From a virus (taxonomy: Duplodnaviria > Caudoviricetes), in the IMG/VR virus record IMGVR_UViG_3300031949_000016, positions 22,692-86,691 of that record: 64,000 bases of DNA; one strand, 5' to 3'. The stretch's first letter is position 1. Every line of letters starts with the position of its first letter. The notes below the pieces were generated by a model, which was given only the letters and a program-made list of their open reading frames with translations, did not search any database and was not told the DNA's origin. Made by a program: the position numbers and the translations under genes. Of the stretch, positions 35,013-44,875 are shown in pieces.

Positions 35013-35102
35013 CTACCCAAACAGACGACAAACCAGCATCACGATAAACGCTACAATGACAATCACGCCAATGGTTTTAATCGTCAAAGTGTCGTTATCC
35101 AT
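35013..35102 (-). CDS. 29-aa single-TM mini protein flanked by direct repeats
   Basis: Manual translation MDNDTLTIKTIGVIVIVAFIVMLVCRLFG. Confidence 0.4.
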   Translation of the reverse strand: MDNDTLTIKTIGVIVIVAFIVMLVCRLFG

Positions 35103-35104
35103 CG

Positions 35105-35983
35105 TCACCCCTCCGCCACATCTTGCAGCATCTCCACCAGCCGCCGATCATCCACCGCCCCGACGAGCACGCCATCCTGGTCGATCACCGGCTCATGCTC
35201 AGCCTGAACCGGCAACCGCTCAATGATCACCGGCTTCCATTTATGCACAACATACACCAGCGCCAGCACCATAGCCGACATGACCACCGTCGCACTGATC
35301 AACGCGACTTGTAATTTAACATTCGCGCTGTTCGCCTCGAGGCTCTGCGACTGCACGACCGACAACTGTGGCGTCAACGCCGCGATCTGCTGGTCCCGCT
35401 CGATGATCGTTCGCTCCATCCCATTGATCTTCGCCGACATCACCAGCCGGAAAGCGCCGAAGCCCGTCACCGCACTCTCGTACTTCTGCGTTGCTGACTC
35501 GGCCAATTGCTGCGCGTGCTGGGCATCGCCGGCGATCTGCGTGTAGTCGCGCAGCGCAGCCAGTGCATCACGCTGAGCCTGTCCCGACAACACTGTCGCA
35601 TCATTGGCCGCTTGCCTGGCTGCCGCCACATCCACCCGATCGGCGCTCGCCCGTGCCGCTTCTGCCGCCGCATTAGCCGCCGCCGCCTGAGCCTGCACTG
35701 CCTGGGCGCGAATGATTTGATTCTGGATCGCACTCAATGCAGCCTGGGCCGCACTCGTCGCCGCTTGCGCCTCAGCCTGCGCAGCCGCGGCTTGCTGCTC
35801 GTAAACCCGCGATTGTGCCCGCAGCGCATCGATCATCTCACTCGTGATCCTCGTCGGATCCGGCGTCGGCTGAACCTGTGGCACGACCGGCCCATCCTGA
35901 GCCGACGTGCTCAGCACCGACAACGCCATCACCACAACGACGATCGTCAACCCCACTGCCGATACCCGCATGATCTTATTCAT
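35105..35983 (-). CDS. Membrane-anchored Ala/Gln coiled-coil protein
   Basis: N-terminal signal/TM, coiled coil, C-terminal TM. Confidence 0.75.
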   Translation of the reverse strand: MNKIMRVSAVGLTIVVVVMALSVLSTSAQDGPVVPQVQPTPDPTRITSEMIDALRAQSRVYEQQAAAAQAEAQAATSAAQAALSAIQNQIIRAQAVQAQAAAANAAAEAARASADRVDVAAARQAANDATVLSGQAQRDALAALRDYTQIAGDAQHAQQLAESATQKYESAVTGFGAFRLVMSAKINGMERTIIERDQQIAALTPQLSVVQSQSLEANSANVKLQVALISATVVMSAMVLALVYVVHKWKPVIIERLPVQAEHEPVIDQDGVLVGAVDDRRLVEMLQDVAEG

Positions 35984-36941
35984 TAGCGATAGCCTCCAAT
36001 GCCCTAAACGCTTCCGTGTCCCGGCCGATCGTCAGCAACTTCGGCTGCTCGCCCTCAAACAGATTCATCATCCGACCAACACCGCCAGCCATCGCCCGCG
36101 CCACATCAGGCGCACGAGTCGCCGCATTCGCCAGTTGGCTTACCATCGACAACTGCGTCAGCGCATTCTCCCCAACCGGCGTTGAGTGCGTCACCCGGCC
36201 GGCCATGATCTCACGATACGTCTTCACGAGATCGAACGGCTGTGCATTCGCGCGCTGCTCCTCCGGCATCCTATTGATTGCGTCACGCATCAGAGCAAAC
36301 AACATGAACTTCTCGGCCAGCGTCAACCGATCCGAGCGCGTCACCACCGGCACTCCGCTGCTTGCGTCGTACACCTCGCCCCCGCGCACGATCAACGCCC
36401 GGCCGTTCGCATCCGTCACCAGCGTCGTCCGGTTCACGGCATAGCGATTCAGCGCCATCGCCCCCACCACGCCGACAAACGCCAGGCCAATGATGAAGAT
36501 CGAGAAACCGACGTTCAGCGACGTGGCGCCGATCGTCGACGCGCGCTTGTTGAAAGCGTCCGTCTCCACGTCGCTGATCTGGCGCGTGTTCTCAGCCCGA
36601 GCCGCGCCGATGCTCATCTCATTCCGAGACAGAGCATTCCCAATCGCCAGCGTCTTACTCACTTCGATCGTCATCACGTCGGCCTGATAGCGCAGCGCCT
36701 GCCGGTTGCCATCCTCCCGGATCCGCTGCTCGTTCGTGGCCAATATACTCGCAGCGTCCGCCGTCGCCTGCGCGTGTCCCACCACGTCCGCCCGAATAGA
36801 AGCCTCGGTCGCCGCCGGCACCGCCATCATACGAGCCGCATCCGCCGCCGCCCGATCCGCCGGCGAGCCGATCACGCTCGGCGCAATCGCCAGGCCAATC
36901 ACCACCGCAATCACCATGAGTACGATCACCGCTGCGTTCAT
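35976..36941 (-). CDS. Two-TM Ala-rich membrane protein
   Basis: Two hydrophobic segments; start at ATG 36941. Confidence 0.7.
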   Translation of the reverse strand: MNAAVIVLMVIAVVIGLAIAPSVIGSPADRAAADAARMMAVPAATEASIRADVVGHAQATADAASILATNEQRIREDGNRQALRYQADVMTIEVSKTLAIGNALSRNEMSIGAARAENTRQISDVETDAFNKRASTIGATSLNVGFSIFIIGLAFVGVVGAMALNRYAVNRTTLVTDANGRALIVRGGEVYDASSGVPVVTRSDRLTLAEKFMLFALMRDAINRMPEEQRANAQPFDLVKTYREIMAGRVTHSTPVGENALTQLSMVSQLANAATRAPDVARAMAGGVGRMMNLFEGEQPKLLTIGRDTEAFRALEAIANE

Positions 36942-37029
36942 GTCACTCACTCCCGTTGATTGTGGATACTCTATCACGCAGACTATCATCTACAAACCTA
37001 GTAGTTCCATGCCTGAAAGTCAAGCAACA

Positions 37030-37100
37030 AGAGTCCCATCGTTTAAGCATATCGCGCAGCCGTGGTTCTGTCATCGCCTGCGGAACAGATTTTGTAAGCC
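37030..37100 (-). pseudogene. Remnant copy of the FtsK-like gene C-terminus
   Basis: KSVPQAMTEPRLRDMLKRWD versus KAVPQAMTEPQLRDILARWD in the intact gene. Confidence 0.6.
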
Positions 37101-37232
37101 CCGTTGCATTTGATAACGTATAGATAGTTACTCATATCGTCAAGTCCCTCGATTGGAGAAGTTTGGAAGCGTTTGGACTCATTGGAGCGTTTGGAGTTTG
37201 GAATCAAAACCGCCCCAAACGCCGAACCAGTG

Positions 37233-37709
37233 TCAGCACTTCTTCCCGCACACCGGACAATTGATCCACGTGATGCGCTTCAACTCAAATGTGCCATGCT
37301 CACCGCACACCCGCCACAGTCGGATCACCATCGGAGAATTGATCGTCACGCTCACGCCGATCGTCTCACCGGTCAGCTGATGCACCCGATCCGTCAGCAC
37401 CCTCGCAACACCGGCCCGGTGCTGGCTCTGCATCCGCTTCCGGCCGGACGACATCAGCGACAGATACGATTTGCTGTACGGGTAGTCACGCGCGCATTCC
37501 GGCGTCGCTGCCAGCGCCGCGCCGAACTCTTGGAACGTCATTCCCGACCATTCGATCGCGTCCTTCAGCGATCGGCACGCCCGCAACGTCGGCCCGACCT
37601 CGTGAAACATTAGTAAACGCGATGCCTGCCCGTGCACCACTATCTCAGGCTCAGCATCGTGGTTTCTCGGACTTTGCTTTGTATTCTGTATTTTGCCTTT
37701 TGCGCTCAT
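37233..37709 (-). CDS. HTH-like protein with C-terminal Zn ribbon
   Basis: MTFQEFGAAL...YSKSYLSLMSSG; CGEH...CPVC. Confidence 0.55.
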   Translation of the reverse strand: MSAKGKIQNTKQSPRNHDAEPEIVVHGQASRLLMFHEVGPTLRACRSLKDAIEWSGMTFQEFGAALAATPECARDYPYSKSYLSLMSSGRKRMQSQHRAGVARVLTDRVHQLTGETIGVSVTINSPMVIRLWRVCGEHGTFELKRITWINCPVCGKKC

Positions 37710-37772
37710 TGGGAACCTCACAGCGCAATTATACCACAATTGCTACCCCGCGTTACATTACAAACTCTAACT

Positions 37773-38000
37773 CTAACTCTCTACTAACTTCTTCGGCCCC
37801 CGCTTCGCCCCGGCCGCCGACGCCTCCCGCATGTACTCCGCCAGGCTTTCCCGATCCACCTGCCACACCGCCCCGAACCGCTGCCCCCGCAGCCAGCCCG
37901 AGCGCAACAGCCGGCGGATATGATACAACGAATACCCGCTCAGCTCCGCCGCCTCCCCCGTCGTGATCCACATTCCGACTTCCGCATTCTCCATTCTCAT
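37773..38000 (-). CDS. Excisionase-family (MerR-like HTH) protein
   Basis: WITTGEAAELSGYSLYHIRRLLRSGWLRGQRFGAVWQVDRESL. Confidence 0.85.
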   Translation of the reverse strand: MRMENAEVGMWITTGEAAELSGYSLYHIRRLLRSGWLRGQRFGAVWQVDRESLAEYMREASAAGAKRGPKKLVES

Positions 38001-38165
38001 TGCCCTCTCTCGTTGCATTCTCCATTCTATTATATCACCGCCGTCAACTCTCGCTCGCGCCCGCTATCCGTTTGTCCGATTCCATCCGTTGCCCTTTTTA
38101 GATGTCCACTTCGTCACGCGCCATTACACGGTAGCGTTTTGATCCTTAAATCATTTGAAAAACTA

Positions 38166-38194
38166 TTGACACGGTATGACCTTAGTGATACTAT
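38166..38194 (+). promoter_or_regulatory. Sigma70-type promoter
   Basis: TTGACA-17-TACTAT. Confidence 0.7.
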
Positions 38195-38248
38195 AAGCAT
38201 ACCGGCGCAAGTGCGCCGACATTCACCGGCAAGTGCCAGGAGAAAACA

Positions 38249-40213
38249 ATGAACACCCTACACGCAGCAATCCAGCACCTCGCAGCAGACGACCCCGACC
38301 ACGCCGCCAACCTAAACGGCGTCGGCTTCAACAAGTTCGACAATCAATTCGGCCACGACCTCGCTGCAATCCCGGCCGAGCAGTGGACGCCACGCCAGAC
38401 ACGCAAGGTGTGGGCCATCCTCAAGAAATACTCCGGCCAACTATCAGCCGCCGGAATTGACTATGATGCCATCCCCGAACCCCCGCAGCCGACCGATCCC
38501 AATCCGACGAGTAAGCGCATCACCCTCAGCAAAGATAGAAAGCAGTTCATCGTCGTCTTTCCATACAACGCCGCGCTTGTCAACAGTGTCAAGTCGCTCC
38601 CCGACCGGCGCTTCGACGGCGCGAGCAAGACCTGGAAAGTTACGGCCAATGCCAGCAACATCGAACCGCTGTTCAAGTTCGCCATCGATAACGGCTTCGA
38701 GATTGTCTCCGCTGTCCTCAACCTCATGGCCGAGATGGTCGAGAAGCGCGAAGCCACCATCGTCGCCAGCCGCGCCGAGGACGCTGCGATCGAGATCGCC
38801 GGGCTGGGTGGTGAGTTGCGCCCGTTTCAGCGCGCGGGCGTGGCCTACGCGCTCAACGCCAAGCGCACATTTATCGCGGACGAGATGGGGCTAGGCAAGA
38901 CAGTGCAGGCACTGGCGACCATCCATGCCGCGAATGCCTACCCCGCCATCGTCGTATGCCCGGCCTCCCTGAAGTTGAACTGGGCGCGCGAAGCAACGAA
39001 GTGGTTGCCCGGCCGCACGGTTGCAGTGTGGAACGGCAAGGCCAAACTCAATCACCCGGCCGACGTCGTAATCATAAACTACGACGTCCTCAAGAAAAAC
39101 CTCGAAGCACTGCAAGCACTCAAGCCACAAACCGTAATATTTGACGAGAGTCACTACGCCAAGAACTACAAGGCGCAGCGAACCGAAGCCGCCAAAGCAC
39201 TGGCGCACGGCGTAGCCTACCGGCTGGCACTCACCGGCACTCCCATCCTCAACCGGCCGCAGGAACTCCTCAGCCAACTCGGAATCATCGGCCGGCTGGA
39301 CGACCTCGGCGGCTTCTGGAACTTTGTAAATCGATACTGCGCCACACGGCAGGACCGATTCGGCTTGGATCTAAGCGGTGCCGAGCACCTTGATGAACTC
39401 AATGAGAAGTTGCGCGCGACCTGCTACGTGCGCCGCAACAAGTCCGACGTGCTCAAGGAATTGCCGGCCAAGCAGCGCAGTATCCTGCCAGTCGCGTTGA
39501 GCAACGCCGCTGAGTACAAGCGAGCCGAGCGCGACCTGATTGCGTGGTTGCGCGATCAAGCCGAGTCAGACACCATGTTTAACGCCAGCCTCGCCGGACT
39601 GTCCGAAGACGAGCAACGCACACGCCGGAACGAACACGCCAACAGCGCCGAGCAAGCCGCTCGCCGCGCCGAGCAACTTGTGAAGATCGAAACGCTCAAG
39701 CTGTTGGCTGCAACCGGCAAGCTCGAAGCCGTGACTGACTGGGTAGAGTCCTTCATCGAGACCGGCGAGAAGCTAGTCGTCTTCGCTCACCACATCGCCA
39801 TCGTGGAAGCCCTGGCCGAGAAGTTCAATGCCCCGGCGATCACCGGCAGCACCCCGATCGAGAAGCGGCAGGAGTACGTGGACCGCTTCCAAACCGAACC
39901 AACCTGCAAGATCATCGTGTTGAACATCCGCGCGGGCGGAGTAGGGCTGACGCTGACCGCAGCCAGCAACGTAGCCTTCGTTGAACTTGACTGGACACCG
40001 GCCGCCCATGATCAGGCAGAGGATCGCTGTCACCGCATCGGCCAAACCAACGCCGTGAATGTGTGGTACTTCCTGGCCGAAGCCACCATCGACACGCAGA
40101 TCCACGAACTGATCGAGAAGAAGCGCGCAGTCGTAGACGCCGCCACCAACGGCGCAACCGAAGTGGAAGTCAGCATGATGAAGGAACTGATCAAGAACCT
40201 GATCGCTAAGTGA
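38249..40213 (+). CDS. SNF2-family (HARP/SMARCAL1-like) helicase
   Basis: ADEMGLGKT, FDESH, LTGTPILN, GGVGLTLT, QAEDRCHRIGQ; HARP-like FPYN segment. Confidence 0.9.
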   Translation: MNTLHAAIQHLAADDPDHAANLNGVGFNKFDNQFGHDLAAIPAEQWTPRQTRKVWAILKKYSGQLSAAGIDYDAIPEPPQPTDPNPTSKRITLSKDRKQFIVVFPYNAALVNSVKSLPDRRFDGASKTWKVTANASNIEPLFKFAIDNGFEIVSAVLNLMAEMVEKREATIVASRAEDAAIEIAGLGGELRPFQRAGVAYALNAKRTFIADEMGLGKTVQALATIHAANAYPAIVVCPASLKLNWAREATKWLPGRTVAVWNGKAKLNHPADVVIINYDVLKKNLEALQALKPQTVIFDESHYAKNYKAQRTEAAKALAHGVAYRLALTGTPILNRPQELLSQLGIIGRLDDLGGFWNFVNRYCATRQDRFGLDLSGAEHLDELNEKLRATCYVRRNKSDVLKELPAKQRSILPVALSNAAEYKRAERDLIAWLRDQAESDTMFNASLAGLSEDEQRTRRNEHANSAEQAARRAEQLVKIETLKLLAATGKLEAVTDWVESFIETGEKLVVFAHHIAIVEALAEKFNAPAITGSTPIEKRQEYVDRFQTEPTCKIIVLNIRAGGVGLTLTAASNVAFVELDWTPAAHDQAEDRCHRIGQTNAVNVWYFLAEATIDTQIHELIEKKRAVVDAATNGATEVEVSMMKELIKNLIAK

Positions 40214-40363
40214 ATCGGCAGGCCCGTCATGGGGATGACGGGCCATGCTCCCCTAATCCGCAGCGTCCGCGCGAAAGCGCACGCGGGGAGCGGGCAACGC
40301 TCACAAGTGTGAGCGGCTAAAGCGAGTATCGAGGCAAGTGCCTCAAAGAAAGAGAGTAACACC

Positions 40364-41341
40364 ATGACCACCATGCAGTTGAATTACCGACCGTCCGACA
40401 CACTGCGCAAGGATGTCTTCGCGCAGACCGGCCAGCAGATGTCTGCTTCCCGCTGGATCCAATCAGATTCGTACATCGAAGTGGACCCCGAAACGCTGAC
40501 CGTCGAGCAGCGCACCCGCATCGCCGTGTTCGGCATCGGTCAGTACGTGGACATGCCGAAGGCATTCAGCAATGTCACGCACGGCTACAGTAGCGCGAAC
40601 CGCGACGAGAAAGACGTCGTCTTCGACAACGAGCCGACCGTCGATCAATGGCTGTCCGCCGCCGAGGTTGCCCGCGCCACCCGCCTCGCCGCCGACGCCG
40701 AGATGAAGATCATCAACGACGCGATCGAGGCGGAGAAGTTTGCCAAGGATCGCGCCAATGCCGAAGAGAAATTCGCCAACCTGCGCTGGCGCATGATGGC
40801 CGGGCTGTCAGCGCACGAGGGCTACGGCGACATCGGCGCGTCGGACTTCCGCAGCATCCAGGACGCCGGCTTGGACATCGGCGCACTAAATGATCTGCTG
40901 CCGCAGTACGCTGCCATGCGCGAAGAGATGAAGGCGCAAGAGGAATCCGCCAAAGCCGAGGCTGATGCCAAGCGCACCGCCGACCGGCTGGCCTGGGCGA
41001 AGGAACACGGCAGCGACCGCCTACGCCGTGGACTGGAAGCCGGCTACGACTGCGGCCGCCAGTTCCAGATCGAGCACGCCGCGCTCAACTACCCCGGCTT
41101 CGTGCTCGACGCCGAAGACAACGCTACATGGCAAGATCGCGTGGGGCCGACCATCGCTGAACTGGACGTGGTCGACGCCGTGAAAGCCGCGCACCCCGAC
41201 GCCACGACGATCAAGCTCGTGTGGCTGACGGACTACCCGCTCGAACACAAGCGGAACGAAGAGGACTTCAACTGGGAGAAGTCCACCGCCATCGTCGTGG
41301 ACGAGCCGAACTACAAGTATTGGCTCGTCAAAGAACTGTAA
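40364..41341 (+). CDS. Hypothetical protein
   Basis: Long ORF with RBS. Confidence 0.7.
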   Translation: MTTMQLNYRPSDTLRKDVFAQTGQQMSASRWIQSDSYIEVDPETLTVEQRTRIAVFGIGQYVDMPKAFSNVTHGYSSANRDEKDVVFDNEPTVDQWLSAAEVARATRLAADAEMKIINDAIEAEKFAKDRANAEEKFANLRWRMMAGLSAHEGYGDIGASDFRSIQDAGLDIGALNDLLPQYAAMREEMKAQEESAKAEADAKRTADRLAWAKEHGSDRLRRGLEAGYDCGRQFQIEHAALNYPGFVLDAEDNATWQDRVGPTIAELDVVDAVKAAHPDATTIKLVWLTDYPLEHKRNEEDFNWEKSTAIVVDEPNYKYWLVKEL

Positions 41342-41412
41342 CCGCCCCATTCGCCCACCCTCTCCCTGTTAGGGAGAGGGCCGGGGTGAGGGTAGACCAT
41401 CTAGGGGAACCA

Positions 41413-41865
41413 ATGTCCGTCTCAAAATTTTCCGTATCGCTTTATCCAAACGTCGTTGAAGAAATCGACCGCCGTCTCGATGTCGTCGATGCCCCAAACC
41501 GCAGCGGCGTAATCAACAAGGGCCTAGACCGCTACTTCGCCGTTCTCGACGAAGAGCGCCGCGCCTTGATCGACGTGCTGAGCGATGCCGAGATGGGCCT
41601 GATACTGGATGTCCTCAACGGCACGCTATTCTCGGAGTCGTTCTCGATTCAACTGGTCTCACGCGAGATCAGAGACTCGCTGGTCGACGGCTACGCCGAG
41701 AAGTGGAATGTTGACGGGCCGGCGCTGGTCAAGAAACTGGTAGCATTGACCTACCCGCAGTGCGTGGCGCTCGTGGATGCCGTCGAACGCTGGTGGAATC
41801 GCGTCGCCGCCGGGGAGAATAAGATCAAGCCGAGCGAGGCCCTCAAGCCCCGCTCCAAGAAGTAG
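41413..41865 (+). CDS. Hypothetical protein with N-terminal RHH-like motif
   Basis: KFSVSLYPNVVEEIDRR...NRSGVINKGLDRY; start at ATG 41413. Confidence 0.65.
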   Translation: MSVSKFSVSLYPNVVEEIDRRLDVVDAPNRSGVINKGLDRYFAVLDEERRALIDVLSDAEMGLILDVLNGTLFSESFSIQLVSREIRDSLVDGYAEKWNVDGPALVKKLVALTYPQCVALVDAVERWWNRVAAGENKIKPSEALKPRSKK

Positions 41866-41884
41866 GCACACAGAAGGAGGAACG

Positions 41885-43312
41885 TCAGAAATCCTTTCCC
41901 CCCAGCGCCTCCCGCGGCAGCACCATCTTAGCGATCGGGTCTGTCCCCAACGCCTGCAGCGGCGTCAACACCCGCGGCCGCGGCACAATCTGAGTGATGG
42001 CGTAGCGTGCAGCGTCGTAGGCATGATCGTCTGCGTGGCTGTCCACATCCTCCACATTCACCCCATCGTATGGCAGGTTCGCCAACTGCTTCGCCAGGTT
42101 CACGCAGTTCTCAAACACCAGCAGCCCCGGCTGTCCGTCCGGTAAGTTCGCCAGCAGCGTATCGACCTTGCGCTTGCCCATGATCCGATTGTTATCGCCC
42201 TTGCTCAGCGCCACGCCCTCGGCCGCGTACTCGTCCGCCGTCGAATACACCCGATCCTCAACGCTCTTCTTCGTCCACATGCTCGGGTCAGCGAACGTCG
42301 CCGCGATCTTCTCGCCCGGCAGCGTGTAATCCTTAATCTTCCGCGCCTGCTGCCGGTCCGTCAGCCCCGCCTCGTACAGCTCGCGGTAGAAAATGATCCG
42401 CCCCGTGTCCGGGTCCTTCGCCAGCCATACGCAGGCGAACGGATTGCGCCGGCCCCAATCGATCCCGCGCCACCTCGTCCACGACGCCGGAATCTCGAAC
42501 GCCTTGACCACGTGCATAATGTAGTTAAACATAAACGCCTGCCCCTCGAACACATCCCAGTCGCCGTCCCGCCACGCCTGCCCCAGCGGGCCTTTCAGCG
42601 ATTCGAGATAGTCCCGATACTCATGCTGTGTGAAAGGATTGTCCTTATAAGTTCCAGGAAAGAACCTTGTCTCCGACTGGCGCTTCTCGCGCCACGGCAT
42701 CACATACAGATCCTTGAACGCCTTGTGTCCCACCCCGCCCGGGTTAGCGCTCTCGTACAATCGCGGGCGCCAATCCGACCGGCTCGTGCGCAGGCTGCCC
42801 CGGATCTTCTCGCGCTTCTCCCCGCTTAACTGTGTCCCCTCCTCTATAACAATCCCGTCGTACTCGATGCCCAGGTATTTGTCGATGTCGTTTTCGTCCT
42901 TGTACCCCCCGATCAAAATCCTCGACCCATTCCGAAACACCACCCGGCCGGCTGTCACCTCGCGCGCCACCCGCCCAAACACACGGCGGATGAGATCGTC
43001 AAAACTCTCACCCGCCGACTTCATTACCTTCCGTAAGAATAAGAACTTCAATCCGGCGCAGCGTTGGCAATCGTCCAGCCCCGCCTGCCCCATCAACCCA
43101 AATGATTTACCTGGCCCGCGCGCCCCGCCGACTCCGATCATCGTCGGCCCGCCAGCCTTGTCCGCCTCCCGTGCTGCTACATGAAACGGCAGCAACCAGG
43201 GCAGGGCGACGTATCCAAATTTTACAAACCGATCAACCTGATCCTTCGCCAGTCCCGCCGCCGCCGCCCGAGCCAGATACCGCTCAACCAGGATTGGATC
43301 CAGGCTTGGCAT
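41885..43312 (-). CDS. terL: Terminase large subunit
   Basis: GGARGPGKS Walker A, IVIEEG Walker B, SANPGG, nuclease GIDWG and DDHAYDAARY. Confidence 0.9.
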   Translation of the reverse strand: MPSLDPILVERYLARAAAAGLAKDQVDRFVKFGYVALPWLLPFHVAAREADKAGGPTMIGVGGARGPGKSFGLMGQAGLDDCQRCAGLKFLFLRKVMKSAGESFDDLIRRVFGRVAREVTAGRVVFRNGSRILIGGYKDENDIDKYLGIEYDGIVIEEGTQLSGEKREKIRGSLRTSRSDWRPRLYESANPGGVGHKAFKDLYVMPWREKRQSETRFFPGTYKDNPFTQHEYRDYLESLKGPLGQAWRDGDWDVFEGQAFMFNYIMHVVKAFEIPASWTRWRGIDWGRRNPFACVWLAKDPDTGRIIFYRELYEAGLTDRQQARKIKDYTLPGEKIAATFADPSMWTKKSVEDRVYSTADEYAAEGVALSKGDNNRIMGKRKVDTLLANLPDGQPGLLVFENCVNLAKQLANLPYDGVNVEDVDSHADDHAYDAARYAITQIVPRPRVLTPLQALGTDPIAKMVLPREALGGKDF

Positions 43313-43805
43313 CCCCGTAAACTTTCTCCAGCATCTCCGCAAACCCGTCGATATGAATCTCGGCGGAGATCTCCTGCTTCACCCGGTCCTTGAACTTGTC
43401 CGGCCGCGCCCCCTTCAACAAGAAGATCAACAGCACGTCGCTGTACTGCCTCTCCACCCCCACGATCCCCGTCGTGGTCCCGACCTCTTCATCGAACACC
43501 CGACCGAACACCGGCTTCTCGACGCCCTTGACCGCCCTCCGCCAGGCTTCCTTCTCCATCACGTCGGCCGCATCCTCCAGCGCATCCGTCCACTGCTGCG
43601 CGAAGTCCGCGTCGGCCTCCCGATTCCGGTACGCCGTCCACCGGCTGATGCGCGCCGCCGCGCACGCCACCTTGACATTGCCCGACTCACGCAAACGAGC
43701 GATGAACTTAACCTTCCAGTCCGTCGCTCGTGTCACCGCCGTCTGATTTGGTCTAGGTTTGGAAGTCCGCTTGATGACCTTCCCCTCTACCTTCCGTGCT
43801 GCCAT
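43284..43805 (-). CDS. terS: Terminase small subunit
   Basis: HTH-like GNVKVACAAARISRWTAY, EAWRRAVKG, YSDVLLIFLLKG; overlaps terL. Confidence 0.8.
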   Translation of the reverse strand: MAARKVEGKVIKRTSKPRPNQTAVTRATDWKVKFIARLRESGNVKVACAAARISRWTAYRNREADADFAQQWTDALEDAADVMEKEAWRRAVKGVEKPVFGRVFDEEVGTTTGIVGVERQYSDVLLIFLLKGARPDKFKDRVKQEISAEIHIDGFAEMLEKVYGDAKPGSNPG

Positions 43806-43964
43806 CTCTCACCCCCGAACGCTCGACGCAAGCCAACCCATCCCCCCTCTCCTTGTTAGGGAGAGGGCCGGGGTGAGGGTACACGCTCGCCGCCTGTCGA
43901 CGTCCCATTGTCATTCCCGTCGAAGACACCAGTATAGTTGCGGTGTGAAAACGGGAATCCAGTT

Positions 43965-44069
43965 CTACCTCACCACGATCGAAACGATCAGCAGCGCCAC
44001 CTCGACCGCCAGCGCCACCAACCCCACCACGAGCAACACCTTAACGATCGCGATCACCAGCCCGCGCAT
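43965..44069 (-). CDS. 34-aa hydrophobic peptide between two REP copies
   Basis: Manual translation MRGLVIAIVKVLLVVGLVALAVEVALLIVSIVVR. Confidence 0.4.
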   Translation of the reverse strand: MRGLVIAIVKVLLVVGLVALAVEVALLIVSIVVR

Positions 44070-44116
44070 TTCAGAGTACCACCGTCATTCCCGCATGTTG
44101 TTAGCGGGAATCCAGT

Positions 44117-44326
44117 CTACCTCTTCTTCCGCGTCAACTTCCTCATCGCCGGCCGCATCCCTTCCCACGCCGGCATCCCGCGCATTGACGTACCCTTCGC
44201 CGCCGCAGCCTGAAACTTGCGCTTGGAGTATTTAGCCCGACCAATCGCGCTCGCCAAGGCCGCGGGGGATCTCACGCCTTTCTTCTTCAGTGCCTTCGTT
44301 AGCTTTGAAAATCCCATGTACGCCAT
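44117..44326 (-). CDS. Small very basic protein
   Basis: K/R-rich; GGAG RBS. Confidence 0.7.
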   Translation of the reverse strand: MAYMGFSKLTKALKKKGVRSPAALASAIGRAKYSKRKFQAAAAKGTSMRGMPAWEGMRPAMRKLTRKKR

Positions 44327-44386
44327 ACTTACATCTCCCTCAGAAAAACAATTTTTGCAATCTCGGATGCAAGAGAGACTTCCAGA

Positions 44387-44563
44387 CTAAGATCGATGAT
44401 CCTTCCCCTCAAACCTCGGCATCCCGCCGGACTTTGTGCGTTGATGCGACCTGACGTGCAACGGCAGCCGCTTAACACTCCGCGTCTTGGCCGCCCACTC
44501 GCGCGCCATCGCCGGCTTGAACTTAAACATCCACCGCATCTGCGCCCGGCTGACGAACGGCAT
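44387..44563 (-). CDS. Small basic protein (58 aa)
   Basis: Manual translation MPFVSRAQMRWMFKFKPAMAREWAAKT... Confidence 0.65.
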   Translation of the reverse strand: MPFVSRAQMRWMFKFKPAMAREWAAKTRSVKRLPLHVRSHQRTKSGGMPRFEGKDHRS

Positions 44564-44566
44564 CGC

Positions 44567-44875
44567 CTAGCCGCCCATCATCCCGCCTGGCGCACCGCCA
44601 CCACCGAACGGCGGCATCCCGCGCCCCGGCCTGGGTGGCACCGCTGGTGCAGCCGCCGGCCCGCGTGGTCCAAACCTCGGCATAACCCCGCCACCCATCG
44701 GCGGCTTGCCCATCATCCCGCCGGCCATCGGCATCTCAGCCTCACCTTCGCCCGGCCTGTTCTCCTCCGGTCCGTTCAGTTCATCCACCTTCGCCTGCGC
44801 ATCCGCCACCGGCATCGGATCGGATTGGATCATCGCCATCCCGCGCCCGGCCGGAACCACATTGTATGCTGGCAT
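44567..44875 (-). CDS. Pro/Gly/Met-rich low-complexity protein
   Basis: ORF track; GAGGAG RBS. Confidence 0.6.
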   Translation of the reverse strand: MPAYNVVPAGRGMAMIQSDPMPVADAQAKVDELNGPEENRPGEGEAEMPMAGGMMGKPPMGGGVMPRFGPRGPAAAPAVPPRPGRGMPPFGGGGAPGGMMGG

